Shown: positions 47,777 through 62,841 of the stretch, one piece after another
Position numbering within the stretch: the first letter of the stretch is position 1
Layout of the letters: every line of letters begins with the position of its first letter
Assembly (NCBI GenBank): GCA_950097015.1
Contig: CATNEN010000005.1
Coordinates: 5,580,001 to 5,644,000 of the forward strand
DNA: 64,000 nucleotides
Direction of reading: 5' to 3'
Origin: Macrostomum hystrix
Taxonomy: Eukaryota > Animalia > Platyhelminthes
The notes under the pieces: model-generated
What the model was told of the DNA's origin: nothing
Databases searched by the model: none
The model's input: only the letters and a program-made list of their open reading frames with translations
Made by a program: the position numbers and the translations under genes

Positions 47777-48325
47777 TTAAAATCTAGCCTTCCGCCTGAG
47801 TGAAAAGGGGAGGAATTGGCGATAGATGATTAAGTGGCGCGAGTCAAAGTCAACGATGGCATGATGATGAGCCAACCAGGAGGCACCGAGCAGGGGAGAG
47901 CAGTCGCCCTCAACCACTAAGAACACGGTGTCCAGCGCTTCGGTGCCAACCTGTAATTTGACCCTGACCTGCGCCTGTGCAACAATGGGTGTTCCATTAT
48001 AAGCAAAAAGAGAAAATTGCGGGGGTTCGAATGGATAGTGTTGAAAGATTGATGACAACGAGTCCGGGAGCACATTCACCATAGACCCTGTGTCAATGAG
48101 GAGGTCTAGGGGTGTCCCTTCCACTTCCAAGGCGACCCACACCTCACTAAGCTGCTCAGAGCGATTTGGGCGGGTTCGCACTCGGGTGGGGACTGGGCCG
48201 AGTGCATTCACTCGGACTTCTCGGCGGTCGGAGGCAGCAGCTGCCGCCGCTCCGACTGTCGGGCTGCGGGCTGGGTCTCGGGGCCGTGGGACTGCCTCCA
48301 ATTGGCGGCCCCGTTCCCATTTCCC
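47777..48325 (-). CDS. pro: Retropepsin aspartic protease, reached by a -1 frameshift from gag
   Basis: LLIDTGS, LLGASWL; slippery G GGA AAT at 48319-48325; stop right after the domain. Confidence 0.92.
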   Translation of the reverse strand, partial: GKWERGRQLEAVPRPRDPARSPTVGAAAAAASDRREVRVNALGPVPTRVRTRPNRSEQLSEVWVALEVEGTPLDLLIDTGSMVNVLPDSLSSIFQHYPFEPPQFSLFAYNGTPIVAQAQVRVKLQVGTEALDTVFLVVEGDCSPLLGASWLAHHHAIVDFDSRHLIIYRQFLPFSLRRKARF

Positions 48326-49245
48326 TTTTCCGACTTGGGGTTCGCCTCCTTAGCGGCCCCGTGCTCGACACGTTTGGGGAGCCACTGGTGTCCGGTTGGG
48401 TGCGGGCAAAGAGGGGGAACGAGGTTGGGCCGCGTATCCCGCAGCTGCTGGGAGACCTCAGCCAGCTGCTGAGTTACTTTGGCCAACTCCTCCGTTAGCT
48501 TATGCAGCGGCTCCAACTGGACCTGCTCATCGTCGGGCTCCGCTCTAATTTGGCGCACCCGCCGGCGAGGATCCCGCTCAACCGCCATTTCATGGGCCTG
48601 GGTGGCAGCACGCAGTTCGGCTGCGGCAGCCTCCGCCGTAGCGAACTCCATCCGCATGATGGGTGCCAATACTTCCGGTGGGGCCACGATCCCCTCCATG
48701 AAGGAGGCCAACAGGGCGCGCTCAAAGTGCACGCCCTGGCCGTTGGGGGTGGCCTGCAGGGCCGCTGTCCTTAATCTGTCGGCAAAGGCGGGGTATGTCT
48801 CATCCCGCCCTTGCTTCAGATTGCGCCCACTCAGTAATCGGGCGTAGGGGGTGCAGGCGCCACTGAGAATCTCAGTAAGGTCCTGCACGAACCTAAGGTA
48901 GGTCACCCGGCGGGGCAACCCTAACGCTTCGGTGAGGGGCTCGCCACTCAGGTGAGCGAGGAGGGTGAGGACTTTCTCTTCCTCGGATTCTACACCCTCC
49001 GCCTCCAGCTTCAGGTTAAATCGGCGAAGCCAGAGGGGGAAGGAATCTCTTCGGGACTCGAAGGGTTCGATAGAAACTTTGACCCGGTGGTTCCGGGGTC
49101 GTCGCACCTCTAGCCGCTCTAGAAGCAGCGCTAGGCGCTCCACAGGGTCGGCTTGCTGTGCTGCAGCAGCCGCTGGGGGTTCGGCGCGCGCCGCAGCTGC
49201 GGCGCGGCCTCTGGGTGGGCGGTTGACTCCAACCACTTCCACCAC
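48208..49245 (-). CDS. gag: Ty3/gypsy-type Gag capsid protein, 345 aa
   Basis: FPLWLRRFNLKLEAEG and LKQGRDETYPAFADRL resemble the retrotransposon gag core; no zinc knuckle. Confidence 0.88.
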   Translation of the reverse strand: MVEVVGVNRPPRGRAAAAARAEPPAAAAAQQADPVERLALLLERLEVRRPRNHRVKVSIEPFESRRDSFPLWLRRFNLKLEAEGVESEEEKVLTLLAHLSGEPLTEALGLPRRVTYLRFVQDLTEILSGACTPYARLLSGRNLKQGRDETYPAFADRLRTAALQATPNGQGVHFERALLASFMEGIVAPPEVLAPIMRMEFATAEAAAAELRAATQAHEMAVERDPRRRVRQIRAEPDDEQVQLEPLHKLTEELAKVTQQLAEVSQQLRDTRPNLVPPLCPHPTGHQWLPKRVEHGAAKEANPKSEKGNGNGAANWRQSHGPETQPAARQSERRQLLPPTAEKSE

Positions 49246-50560
49246 CTCACCCTCCTGGTCGGAAATTTTCGGCCAAAAGAGGAATGAGGGTTTTGCGAAT
49301 GAAAAAGAGGGGGTCTGTCGCTAATGCAACAATGGGGGAGGGGAGGAAAGGAAAACACAGATCACGACTGGAGATCGTGCGGGGGGGGAAAGAAACGAGC
49401 CTGAGCTGTCAAGTCCAGCCCTGATTAATGATGCGGCGAAATCCCTACTCCTAGAGAGCAACCCTACCGCAAAAAGATCAAAGATCAATGAGAGAGAAAA
49501 GGGCCCAGGGCCCTGGCTAGCTTTGCTTCCAGCCTTGGCTACTGACAACTGTTTGCGCGCACTTAAGTTTGGGACATAGAAGTCTAGGTTTTAACTTAGC
49601 ACTCGTTCTGCAACCCTATAGCGGACTGTTGCACTATAGGTACGGCGGGGTCAGTACTACTGCAAGCTTGCGCCTGCAACAGCCTATCACCCTACCTTTG
49701 GAAAGTACACGCCTCAATAAGATACTCAGAGGAGGGATAATCCCCGACTCGTTCAGGGAGTCATCGATTCCCGGCTGCATTGCCGGGGGCCCCCTCGCGA
49801 TTTACGAGACTGGGAAGCCCAGGGGGGATATACCTGGGATCTCGCTCGGGTAGGAGTCCATGGCTAAAGCCTGGCTACCCCATTTAGAAACCCCCCAGAG
49901 AATCTCTTAGAAAAACGTGCCGACCGAATTCTAGCCCATACTTGAAGTAGGCAGCTTCGAGAGGCGGGCACGGGGGTCGCTAGACCTCCCTCAAAGCCCC
50001 ACCTCCTTAACTGTTCCCCACCAAAGTCAGACTTAGTCAAAGTTATGTGACACTTTCAAAATCAGGTACACGTAAGCAGGCCTGTATGCTGCCCAAGAGA
50101 ACCAATCCCCGGTGCTCGGCGAGTCATCGATTCCCGGCTGCATTGCCGGGGGCTCCCCTCGCTCGGTTAGAAGGCCGAAAGGCGTTGCCCGGTCCCTCGT
50201 TAAGAATGGCCCCTCCCAGATCAGACACGCGGGAAAACCCCACAGACAGTCCCTGACTCCTGCAGCAGCCACTAACCCGAAGACACTCTAGCATGAAGTC
50301 CGCTCACACAGCCTACTCATAGTAGAAAGTCACTAATCAGAATTTTGGAAACTCTAACAAAAGCCTAAATTAAATTGAAAACAAATTGCAACTGTTCGGA
50401 AATTAATTGACAGTCACTAGAACTGAGATTCACTATTTAGAGATAAGATTTCGGCATACGGAAAATGAAATCTAGAAGGAGCCCTTTCGGCTAGCTACCA
50501 CAGAAATCTGCGGCGCTAAACTAACAATTGAAATTCAAGTTCGTTTCGCGCCCTTTCTAG

Positions 50561-50578
50561 ATCCCACCGCTGCCACCA
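50561..50578 (-). promoter_or_regulatory. tRNA-Leu primer-binding site
   Basis: TGGTGGCAGCGGTGGGAT is complementary to the metazoan tRNA-Leu 3' end ATCCCACCGCTGCCA-CCA. Confidence 0.9.
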
Positions 50579-50580
50579 TT

Positions 50581-52889
50581 TGAAATAGGTGCGGGTTTTG
50601 CAATCCGATGACCTGTCCTCAAGAGAGAAAGGGAGTGTGGGAATGGCGATAGAGTCAGGAGTCGTACCGCAAAGCCTCGCGATTCGTCGCGGGAGGCGGG
50701 ATGAAGGGAGAGATGAAGGGAGAGACAGTGGATGCAGGGAGTGGTCCTCTCGGCCTCAGGCTGGCCAGTCCCACTCAACCCATAGGCCACAGGCATGACT
50801 GCCGTGCCTACCCCAAGCAGTGCTCGAAACCGGCTAAAGTCTAAAGAGATATCGGACTACCCGCAAGCAGGTAGGACAGGGCTAGATAGCCTACTGTCAT
50901 CAGTAGCATGTACATAACTGACTCCTAACAGTGGTAGCAGTGGTCGATTCGGCCCAGGCTCTTGTCTTAGAAATGCGGAAAGGCTATTGGCAAAGCGGAA
51001 AATGATCTAGGGTAGCGCCACCACCCAATGCGCCTACGTTGCCACCGCAGACATTTGGGAACTTGGGTCCCCGGAGTTCACAGCTCCTAGTTTGTCACAC
51101 AGATCTCAGACAAGCCGAAAAATAGGGCATTCTGTAACTTCCGTTTTAGACTAGGGCGGAGACCCCAGAATGAATCGAGACACGCCTCAACAGGGGATTC
51201 CTGAAACTGCGCTACAGTGGTCTAGAAAGGTGGTACTCCGAACTCGAATGAGAAACCCATAGCCGGAATCCTACTCATGAAACATCAGGCACATTCCTTA
51301 CATTAGATTGCAGCCTACACATTAAATAACTAGCAAATCCGAATCTGTGTGAGATGAGGAAATCAGAGGCAGGAGAGATTAGGCAGAACACTGGCTGAGT
51401 GATTATGCAAGCGATGATTATTAGATCACACCCCTCGCTCCCATGGCGGCGGCAGCGAGAGGCGGGGGACAGAAGGGAAACATTAATTGACAAGGGAGGT
51501 TGACACGCACTCCTTGATCTGCCAGAAAGAGAGGAAAAACCCGCCAAGGAATTCCCCCACCCCTAGCAGAGAAATACATGCTACGCTCCGCATATTACTC
51601 GCAAATCCCTAGCTCCTTATTACTTTCATGCGCGCTCACAGTTACCCTCCTGCCGCAGCTTTCAGCTAGGCATCACCAGAGCCCATCCCCTAATGAGTTA
51701 GCCACTCATGGTTGAGGGCTGTCTAACGATAAAATAAGAGAAAGTGAAATGCATAGTAAAAAGGATTTAAGTTGTTATTAAATTGCCAATAAGTTAGATA
51801 AACTGTGATTTAATAGTTTATTAGGCTAAATCAAATCCCTGCCCTTGCCCTTATTACCCACTAGCTAGATAGTAAATCCCTTAGGGATAACAATAAAAGT
51901 CCGCTGCGCGGGTTACTTATCTGCGATGCTGGTTGACAGGCTGCAGGCCGTTGTTCTCGCTGGGAAAGGGCAATTGAAAGAGGAAGCAGGGACGGGGGTG
52001 TCTAGTGCGATCGGCAAGGGGCCAAATCGCAGGAGCACACGGCTCAATTGGAGCTCACCCAAAAAGGTGGCTTAAATGCTCAGGGGCTATGCAGGTAATT
52101 TACCTGCGGCTGTTCTGAGGAGCCTTAGGCTCAGGGGCTAAGTCCTATCTAGTAAGGGGGAGAGTCCACGGACCGTGTTCCGGGACCAGACAGGAAGGGG
52201 GGTAGGTTTTAGTCCAGGGTGGAGGGTCCTGGGAAGGGTCCGGAGGAAGGTTGTCCTAGGGGCAGCGCAGCGCGCTTTCTTAAATAGTCCTGCAGCTCCG
52301 TCAACCCCGCATTCATCAAAGCAACCCACATGCTCGCCAGCCTGTCAACGAGGAATCGGGTCGGCATTATGCCACCCCAATTGCCCACTGAAGCGGCGGC
52401 GAGAATCGCCAGATGCTCCACTAGGAGCGTCTGCCGGCAGTCGGCCAATGATTGTGATCCCGCCGGGATATGGGAAGCGCAGGCGCCGACCTGCCTATAG
52501 TGTCGTTACATGTATCTAAAGGGGGAAAGGTCATAATCGAGCTTCGGCTCGGGTTACAGTAAAGAAAGGGGACATGAAGAATTAATGCTCACTCTAGACG
52601 CATGAGTGATCCCTACAATCTGATCGCGGTTTGGAGGGGAATTATGACCTAAACTAGTCCATACAGTATTGCTATGCCCGCGATCAGTCACTCCTACAGG
52701 GGACTAGACAGATCCGAGACAAGGGGAATCGGCGGCTACTTAATTCACCTCCGCCCCAAGTCTGGCCCTAAGATTAATGATGGTGTTCTGCGGCCAGCTG
52801 CTATGTGGGTCGCGATTATTGACTTGCTAAAAATGGAAAAATTTGGCTGGCTCACAACCCCACTCGATTCCGAAGTACACTCCACATCA
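50581..52889 (-). repeat. 5' LTR of A2
   Basis: TG...CA, 2309 bp. Confidence 0.95.
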
Positions 52890-53060
52890 AAACACAGGTT
52901 AACTAAGAAGGTACGAGAAAACTTGCAATCTAAGCCTGACTACCAGATTGCTCCACTGCGACGACGCACCAGTGTTGAGGCCGGAAAAGATCCTCTCAGA
53001 ATCTAGTTCCTGTCTTGGTCATTTCACCAATTGTGTGTGCCACGCTACCACAGGTACAAC

Positions 53061-55252
<2,192 letters not shown>

Positions 55253-55799
55253 ATGGTGTTCGCTTTTCCTCTGACATCAATGACTGTCACTTGACAGTGA
55301 CTACTGCTGCTACCAGGTTTTCCACTTTCTTACTTCTGGAAGCTCCTATGAAGTTGTCTGCAAGCGCTATAAGAAGTACTCCAGTGCATATGATTACCCA
55401 TTTGATTCCCGTAAGATACATGTATATTGCATTTCTGGACTCTCATCTAAGTTGCTCACTGTTCCCCTCTCCAGAATGTTTAGGAAGGCATGTATTTTGC
55501 CCTACCAGCAGACTCAGTATACTTACCCACTGTTTGGCTCTCTGGAAGTCAGCAGAGATCATTAACTAATGACTTTTCTATCATTCAGTGCCATGGTCGT
55601 TTGTCAAAAACAGTTTTTATTGTTTTGTTTAGTGCTTGGTGTTGACACACTCATCTAGTGCGGCGCAGTTTTTTTATTGGTGTTTAACACTTTAGTCCAG
55701 TTTGTCATGATAAATTGTCAAGGGCTACAGAGCCGGAGGCCACCGCAACAGCAGCCCTACCGCTGAAGGACTTAGCTCGCTACTCCGAGGCATCAACGG

Positions 55800-56950
55800 A
55801 CCTGGATGAAGATCCGGAGGCCACCGCATATGCAGCCCTCCAGCCCGGATTTTATTAATTCGAGAGCAACTTCAAGAACTGCATCGCCTGTTCGACGTTC
55901 GTATGCTGAAGCCTGCAGCCAAGGTTCCTTCGAGCAACTGGACGCAGTCAATCAGTCATCGCCGCCGCCTGTGCAGTTAAATGTTGAGACTACGACAGGC
56001 GTGGACAACATGGAGTCCCAGCCTTGCCGTGTCGATCTGACCGATTTTCTAAAACCACCGGTGACCCGTGAGCAACTCATCGCAGCCCAGCGGGCCGACC
56101 TGGCCATTAATTTTGTGCTCAATCTTGTCGAGAACAACGCCCCGAAGCCGAAGTTCGACGACCGGTTGCGACTAACTCGAGATCAACGAAATCTACTTGG
56201 CTACTACGAGAATCTCCGTGTAGAAGACGGCCTACTGGTGATCAACCCGGATAACGACTGACAGTCATCAAGGATCGTCTTGCCCGAAGCTTTCGACGTC
56301 CAGGTGTTCCAGAGCGCCTCATCGCTGAGTACGGAGTTCCCTGCTGGATCCACACGGACCAAGGGACCAACTTCACCGGATCCGCCTTCAAGAAGTTTTG
56401 TGACTTGTACGGGATCCGACACACGGAGTTCCCTCACGGACACGGACCACCACGCCATACAACCCAGCCTCCAATGGGCAAGTCGAGAACCTCAACAAAC
56501 AGCTGAAGAGTATGCTGACTTGCCTCTTAGAGCGAGACCACCGCGACTGGGATACCTTCCTCCCAGCCTGCTTAATGGCGCTGCGCTCCGCTGTCCATCA
56601 GGTGACGGGCTATACGCCAGATTTCCTAGTCTACGGCAGAGTTTCGTCTACCGATTGACAACACCCTAAAGAAGCTGCCGGAGTACGACAACCTGCCTGA
56701 GTATGTCAAAGACTTCCAACATCGACTCGACGAAGCGACCAAGCTAGCCAAAAACCGACTGGCCCTACGTCCCAGTCCACCTCCGGATCGGCCATCCGGC
56801 GGCGTGTCGCGCAGCTCGAGAAAACGTGCCGGACGTAGGCCGACGTATACCAATCAGCCTGCCTAACCGTCGGCTGACCAGCTCTACCCCCCCGGCCTAC
56901 GCCGCCGGTGGAGGATGACAACCCGGTCCTACAAGGGATCCGCAGGATCC
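55800..56950 (+). pseudogene. Deleted gypsy pol/integrase fragment
   Basis: REQLIAAQRAD...LRVEDGLLV; VENLNKQLKSML; DWDTFLPACLMALRS; TGYTP. Confidence 0.7.
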
Positions 56951-58555
56951 GGAGGGCCCAGGAGGCGACAGCAGAGGCGCCTGAAAAAAATCGTCGGCCT
57001 CTATCACCGATTCACAAGAATATCTAGGCCACTGCTCCGGAGAGCGCTGCGCTCACCATCTTCTCCCATTTGCAGGTGATGGCAGAGGCGGTGACGCCGC
57101 CACGGACGCCACCTTCGCTTGCGCCGGCCATGTTGTTGCCTATCGCGCCGCCAAAATTCGGCCACAGCCGAACTGTGCGATATCGCTGCCTACGAGCTGG
57201 CAGCGTTAATCTACGACGCAGCTCACTTTAACATCGACATTGATTATCACGGCTGGCCAAAGATCCGGGACGTCCAGGCCCTGACAATAGCTGACAATCA
57301 GGCCATCCTAAACGCGGCGTTGGTCCTGGCGCACCCCCACCTGCGGCCCGCTCGCCACCCGGTCGCTGCATAGGCGGCCGCCGAAGCTTTCACCAAGGCG
57401 GTGCTCACTCGCCATAGGGTGCCAGATGCCCACTTTTTTCTAAATGGCGCTGAGTCCGCCCATTAGCACTGAGCCACTAATGTGGACCAACAACCTCGGG
57501 GGCTGGTCTGCCGTTTGAGCCCACTGTCTTGAAGGCAGTGAAGATCAAATTTCCTGAATTGGCTCTTAAGCGTGAATTTCCTGAAGACTTTGTCAAGGCG
57601 GTTGCAGCTGCTTTGATGAACTCTGGGATATAATCCGTTTTTCCCACTGGGATATAAAGTGAATAATTAAGGACATTCAAAAGTTTGCTATAAGATAATA
57701 TTCGAATTATTCAGAATACATCTGTAACAACTTTGGTGACAGCAGTGGGATTTTGAGATAGGCCTTATTTTTTATAATTCCTAGAAATCTTTTCTCACGA
57801 AAATTTAGTATTTTGTTTAAACTTTACATAATATTTGTTTGAATGCACCAATTTGTTTAAATGCAGCAATTTGTTTTAATCACACCGAAAATAAAATGTT
57901 TTAATGAAGTTGCGGAGGTGAGGAGGAAGAGTGTATAAATACACACAAACAAAAGAGAGAAGAATTAACCCTTGTTTGAGAAGGAGTTTGGAATAAAGAA
58001 AGCTTGAATCTTGAAATGTTTGTGTTGAAGTTATTTGAAAGAGACATTGCGAAAGAGAAGTAAACAGAGTAAGGGAGAGCTGTAAATCTAGATCCACTGG
58101 TAAAGCCCAAAAACAGACTGAAGATTGAATTGAAGATTGAACTAAAGATTGAACTGAAGATTGAATTGAAGATAGATTGAATAGTAATTGAAGAGTGACA
58201 ATGACTGATAAAGATGGATGAAGAGTGATAAAGTCTGATAAAGATGGATAAATACCGATAAAGAGTACTTGCAGAAATAATACATCAAAGTTATAAATAT
58301 AAGTGAATATAGAAGATAAATATCGGCCATCTTGAACATATAACGCTACCAGATTAAAATGCATAAATGCTACCAATTGACTTAAATTTGAAAAAAGAAA
58401 ATGCATAAAGTGAATAAATAAATACAAAATAATTGAATAAAAAGTGTACAATCACTATGATAGGGTAATGTATCATCAACCGAACAGTGTATCTTCAAAA
58501 CCGAACAAGAATTTTGACTCCTTCCTTGGTCTTGTGCAAGACAGAAACAAGCTAT

Positions 58556-59014
58556 TGATGTGCTGTAGGCTGCTGAGCAGCCTCCAGACAATCCGTGAGT
58601 CAGGCTGTTCTAGGTCTGTGGGAGGGCTGGGGTGTAGGTAGTTAGTGTTTCCCGTGCACTGTCACCTCCGCTCGCCACCCCCTCCGCTTCCTCTCTCTCG
58701 TTCCAGCTCTGTCTGCGCACTGAGTCACATTGCACACCATGGTGCAATCGCTTAAGTTCGGAAGAAGACTGGCAGAACAACGCTCAGATGCTCCTACTAT
58801 AAGTAGGGCACAGTCCAACGAATCCATGAGATGGTGTTAGTATCGTGGTAGCACTATTTCTTTATATTGATTGCACTGTGTGGACTGAAATTTCTTCATG
58901 CGTTTGACTCCAATCCTTTTTGGCAAACTAGGTTATATACTGCATTTCGAAGCAGAGTGTATAACCCGTTTCAGTAGTCATAAGAGTTAGCCAGACATAG
59001 GTTAACCAAGAAGG
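58556..59014. repeat. Element B fragment (copy 3) containing the empty A2 target site
   Basis: Matches 41295-41772 joined to 52894-52912. Confidence 0.88.
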
Positions 59015-59298
59015 CCTTAACACTGGTGCGTCGTAGCAGTAGAAGCAACCCATTAGTCAGGCTCCAATTGCTAAGTTCTCTCCTCAAATGCGTCGAGGAG
59101 AAACGATGCATGGAAACATGGCTCGTCACAATGCCGACACTTCCGATCCACGAGGCCTCCGAGCTTTGCATAGAGAAGCGAGGCCATCACGAAGGGCAAT
59201 AAGTCCGCCCAGGCCCAAGTGTCTCGGATACCGGTGCTAACGCTCCAGAACGGCATGCCTGGCAATGGGGGTCTGCCGAGGCTCGCGAATTCGTAGCT

Positions 59299-59919
59299 TT
59301 GAAGACTGACACTGAGCCCGTCGCCGCGACGAAAGTATATGAGCAGGCAGTATCCATGTTTCAGGCAGACGCATGCTCATTGCCTGCTGTCAAGCAGGCG
59401 CTTGCTCGACGACGCGCTGCTTTTGACATGGACAAGAACGAGCTTCACGACCTACTATTGCAAAAGGACGCATTGCTTGTGTCTATGCCGGCCAAAATAC
59501 CAGGCTTCTTACAGTCTGTCAGTGCATCCCCACTGGGCTTGACTATGTACTCCGCAAAGCAACTGGATTTGCTGCACATCGTCACTACCAAAGACCCAAT
59601 GGCGCCAGTACACATGGATGCGACAGGTGGAATCGTTCGTCGATCTGAATTTGTGCAGTCCGAGCCGCTGCATTGCAGTATGGTAGTGGCGTCTGAGGGA
59701 ATTGTCGCAACCGCGGTCTCAGAAGCCATCCTGGAGAAGACAAGGACCGAAGATATCGTCCATTGGGTCGACAAAACCCTCCTCGACTTTGCTCGATTTC
59801 GTGATGTTGGAGTTTGGGAATCTGGACAGAACGGGCCACAGCTGTTCGTCACAGATTTCAGCTGGGTGTTCATCCATGCTATTCTCCGCTCTACTGCTTC
59901 TATGGACATCATTAGGTAG
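59299..59919 (+). pseudogene. NOF-FB/MULE-related transposase fragment
   Basis: VHMDATGGIV and VTDFSWVFIHAI motifs. Confidence 0.55.
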
Positions 59920-60494
59920 GTCATAAGAAACGATACATGCAAGTGCATCATTAAGCGAGGTACATGTACAGTATGATGATTTGTATTTTGATGTAGCCTA
60001 GGCTAACTATGTCTCGAGTCGACGTCGCAGTTATGGTTGTGCCCTCGGACAACCAGAAGTCAGGAATTGCCCATAGATCCATTTTGTGGTGTACATGTAG
60101 CTCTTCGTGACTTCAGGACCCCGAACTGGAGACAGCAATTTTCCAATCTTAGGGACGCCATGCGAGGTATGTATTCTACAGCTGTGGTCTAGAAATGCTG
60201 AAAACAAAGACTTGTGCTTTTTATTTGCTACATCAGACGGATTATAAATTTCTGGGCTTCTGCGTGTACGATATATCTACATGATACATTTCTACATCAA
60301 TATCCTAGATACATGTATTTATATGGTTTGCTTTCGAATTGTCTGTACTCATTGTCACTACTCATAGTACTCGGTGAAAGGTGATGACTATGACTATAAG
60401 TATATACGGAAGGGACAAATGAAGGGCGCCGATAACAAAAAACTGTAACTATTAAAATGCGCCGGGCCGCTCTGTTCCATCAATCCAGTACAAC

Positions 60495-60622
60495 AAACCG
60501 ACGTCGGTGGTTATTTCGAAAGTGTGAACGTCTGGAGGTCGGTAGATAGGAAAAGCCTAATGTTACGGCGATGACGATATACGTCGAAATGTTGGATACG
60601 TCGGCCATTTTGGACGTCTGGG
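60495..60622. repeat. Probable DNA-transposon terminus (ACGTC subterminal repeats ending in CTGGG)
   Basis: Clustered GACGTC/TACGTC motifs; a similar cluster lies at 33055-33250. Confidence 0.35.
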
Positions 60623-61914
60623 AGAGCGGATGATGGATGAGGGAGGGATGAGTTTTTAATGTTAAATCCAAGTGCTCACCACGTGCGTCTTTATTGTTGA
60701 AGATGCTGTTATTAGTAACATTGTCCATTTAGCTTAAAACTCCACTGTACACAATTTCATGATGCTCTCTATCCTTCTCTAGCTACCTGCATTTTCAACA
60801 CCGCCGACTGACACGGGAGCCCCTTGGTGCACGAACAAAGCCGATTGTTTTTGTTTGCTATCTGAGAGTGTATTTAAACAAACAGACTTTTGAGTCGGAA
60901 TATTCCGACAGTTAAATTCGAGTTGGAATAACTGTCTGAGAGCTGATTAGATGTATGCATGTCATTTCGAGTCGGAATAACTGTTTGAGTGAGGTAGTTA
61001 GAAGTTTATCGTTTTAGAATTCTATTATTATTTTAAATTTTTTTGTGTAAACAAATATTGTCAATAAATTGTATTATGAAATGTATTTTATTAGTATAGT
61101 AAATGCTTTTATTCTTTTGTAATAATTAGTCTTCTTGTTTAAAAAGGAATTTAGTTGCGATATTTGTTTTAATTTTCTCCGCCACCCCAACCTTTTGGTA
61201 TATATAGCAGCAGTTTTACGTCCTCGAAATATAACTTCCTTCACCGTTGGCTATAAAATTTATTCAAAAAAGTAAAAGAAGCCATTATAACTTAGTGTTA
61301 TTTATTTAAAGGTTCTAGAACTGTATTAGTTCTGGTAACGAGAACGTATACGGTGATCATAGTGTTGAACTGTACTAGTTCTATACTATTATCTAGGGTA
61401 TATCAACGTATTGTTGATCTAAATAAAGACGTATTGTCTTTATTACTTAGGTTAAATCAACGTATTGTTGATCTAAATAAGACGTATTGTCTTATTAGTT
61501 AGGGTATATCAACGTATTGTTGATAAAATTAAGACGTATTGCCTTACTGTTTAGGGTGTAGTATCCTGGACAGATAAATATAGTGAGATCATACGTAGTG
61601 TATGGTCAGTAAGGTATAAATATACAATTCCCGACTGTATTAAGAAAGAATTCTCACTCCTGATCGTGACTGCCGGGCAATTTCAATCCACCGCGTAAAG
61701 CCCCGGAAGACTGGAAATAGAATTTTAGGAAGTGCCTTACCGCTCGGGCACATTCAGCTACCATAGTAACACGTCATTCACGTGATACTAATAGACAAAT
61801 ATTAGAAACTAGGATAAATAAAACCGCACAGAGAGAACGGCTGCTACAACTTGGTGACAGCGGTAAAGGATTGAAATCCGGTAAAACGCACGATCAGACT
61901 GGTGACAAGTCAAA

Positions 61915-62841
61915 ATGGCCGGAATCAACGACGCCATCGGTCTATTAGCCGAAGAACTGCGAAACAGATTAGAACTAGGACCACTAAGACATGTAAAAAT
62001 ACAAAAATTCACGCCCAGCCAAGACATAAGAATCTGGCTGACAGCTTTCGACCAAAGGTGCGACACGGAAGGAATCGATGAGGACCACCGAAAGCAAGAG
62101 TTACTGGCCAATCTAGACCTATCAACTGCTTTCGCCGCCGTCCAAAGACTGAACCTACCGGAAGAACTCACTTATGACGAGTTTAAGGAAAGATTAATTG
62201 AGAGATTTGGAAGACTGGGAAACTCCAGCGAATTCAGGGAAGAGTTCAGAGGTCGGATGCAAGGTCGTAATGAACCTACCGACGCGTTTGCCGACGTCCT
62301 GATTGAACTCGCAACCCGAGCCTTTCCGAACATGAATGGTGAACAGAGAGAAGAGGAGGTAGTGGAGCAATTTATCAAGGGAGTCAGAATTCCAGCGGAC
62401 ACCCGTGAAAAGCTGATATTTACCCAGCCCGCCAACCTCCAGGAAGCTCGTCGTATGTTGCGCAGGATCGAAGCAGCCTGGCATATGTCTCACAAGTCAA
62501 GCGGTGTCCGAGCTGTTAAGAGTGAGGAGGATCGCCAGCTTGATAAATTTGATCTCATCATGAGAGAACAACAAATCGAGATTGAGAGACAAAAGCAGGT
62601 TATTCAAGAGCTGAAACAGCGGATTGAAGAACAACAACAGTCACAGCCACAACCGCTGATGAGCCAGCAATTTCAGCCCAGATATCCTGGAAACTCACAG
62701 TACCGACCCACGCAGGGACCGCATAACTATGCCAACAGCAGGGGCAGAGGTGGTGGTCAGCCTGGGCCAATGAGAGCTGGACATCAGTACAGTGTGAGCC
62801 GTCCACCCCAGTCCCACCGGAACCTGGCCTCGGGAAACTGA
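61915..62841 (+). CDS. gag: Gag, 308 aa
   Basis: Intact ORF; DIRIWLTAFDQRC, RMQGRNEPTDAFAD. Confidence 0.9.
   Translation: MAGINDAIGLLAEELRNRLELGPLRHVKIQKFTPSQDIRIWLTAFDQRCDTEGIDEDHRKQELLANLDLSTAFAAVQRLNLPEELTYDEFKERLIERFGRLGNSSEFREEFRGRMQGRNEPTDAFADVLIELATRAFPNMNGEQREEEVVEQFIKGVRIPADTREKLIFTQPANLQEARRMLRRIEAAWHMSHKSSGVRAVKSEEDRQLDKFDLIMREQQIEIERQKQVIQELKQRIEEQQQSQPQPLMSQQFQPRYPGNSQYRPTQGPHNYANSRGRGGGQPGPMRAGHQYSVSRPPQSHRNLASGN

Larger units (their letters stand above)
41773..52889 (-). mobile_element. Intact non-autonomous LTR element, family A copy 2 (11.1 kb)
   Basis: Two 2309-bp near-identical LTRs, TSD AAAC (41769-41772 and 52890-52893), PBS, PPT. A homologous empty site lies at ~58985-59010. 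Confidence 0.96.
39780..53060. mobile_element. Element B copy 2, interrupted by A2; left boundary approximate
   Basis: Homology to copy 1; terminus CACAGGTACAAC at 53049-53060. Confidence 0.65.

Noticed and set aside
57876-58451. 191-aa minus-strand ORF
   Set aside because: AT-rich low-complexity sequence with short repeats and no recognisable motif.
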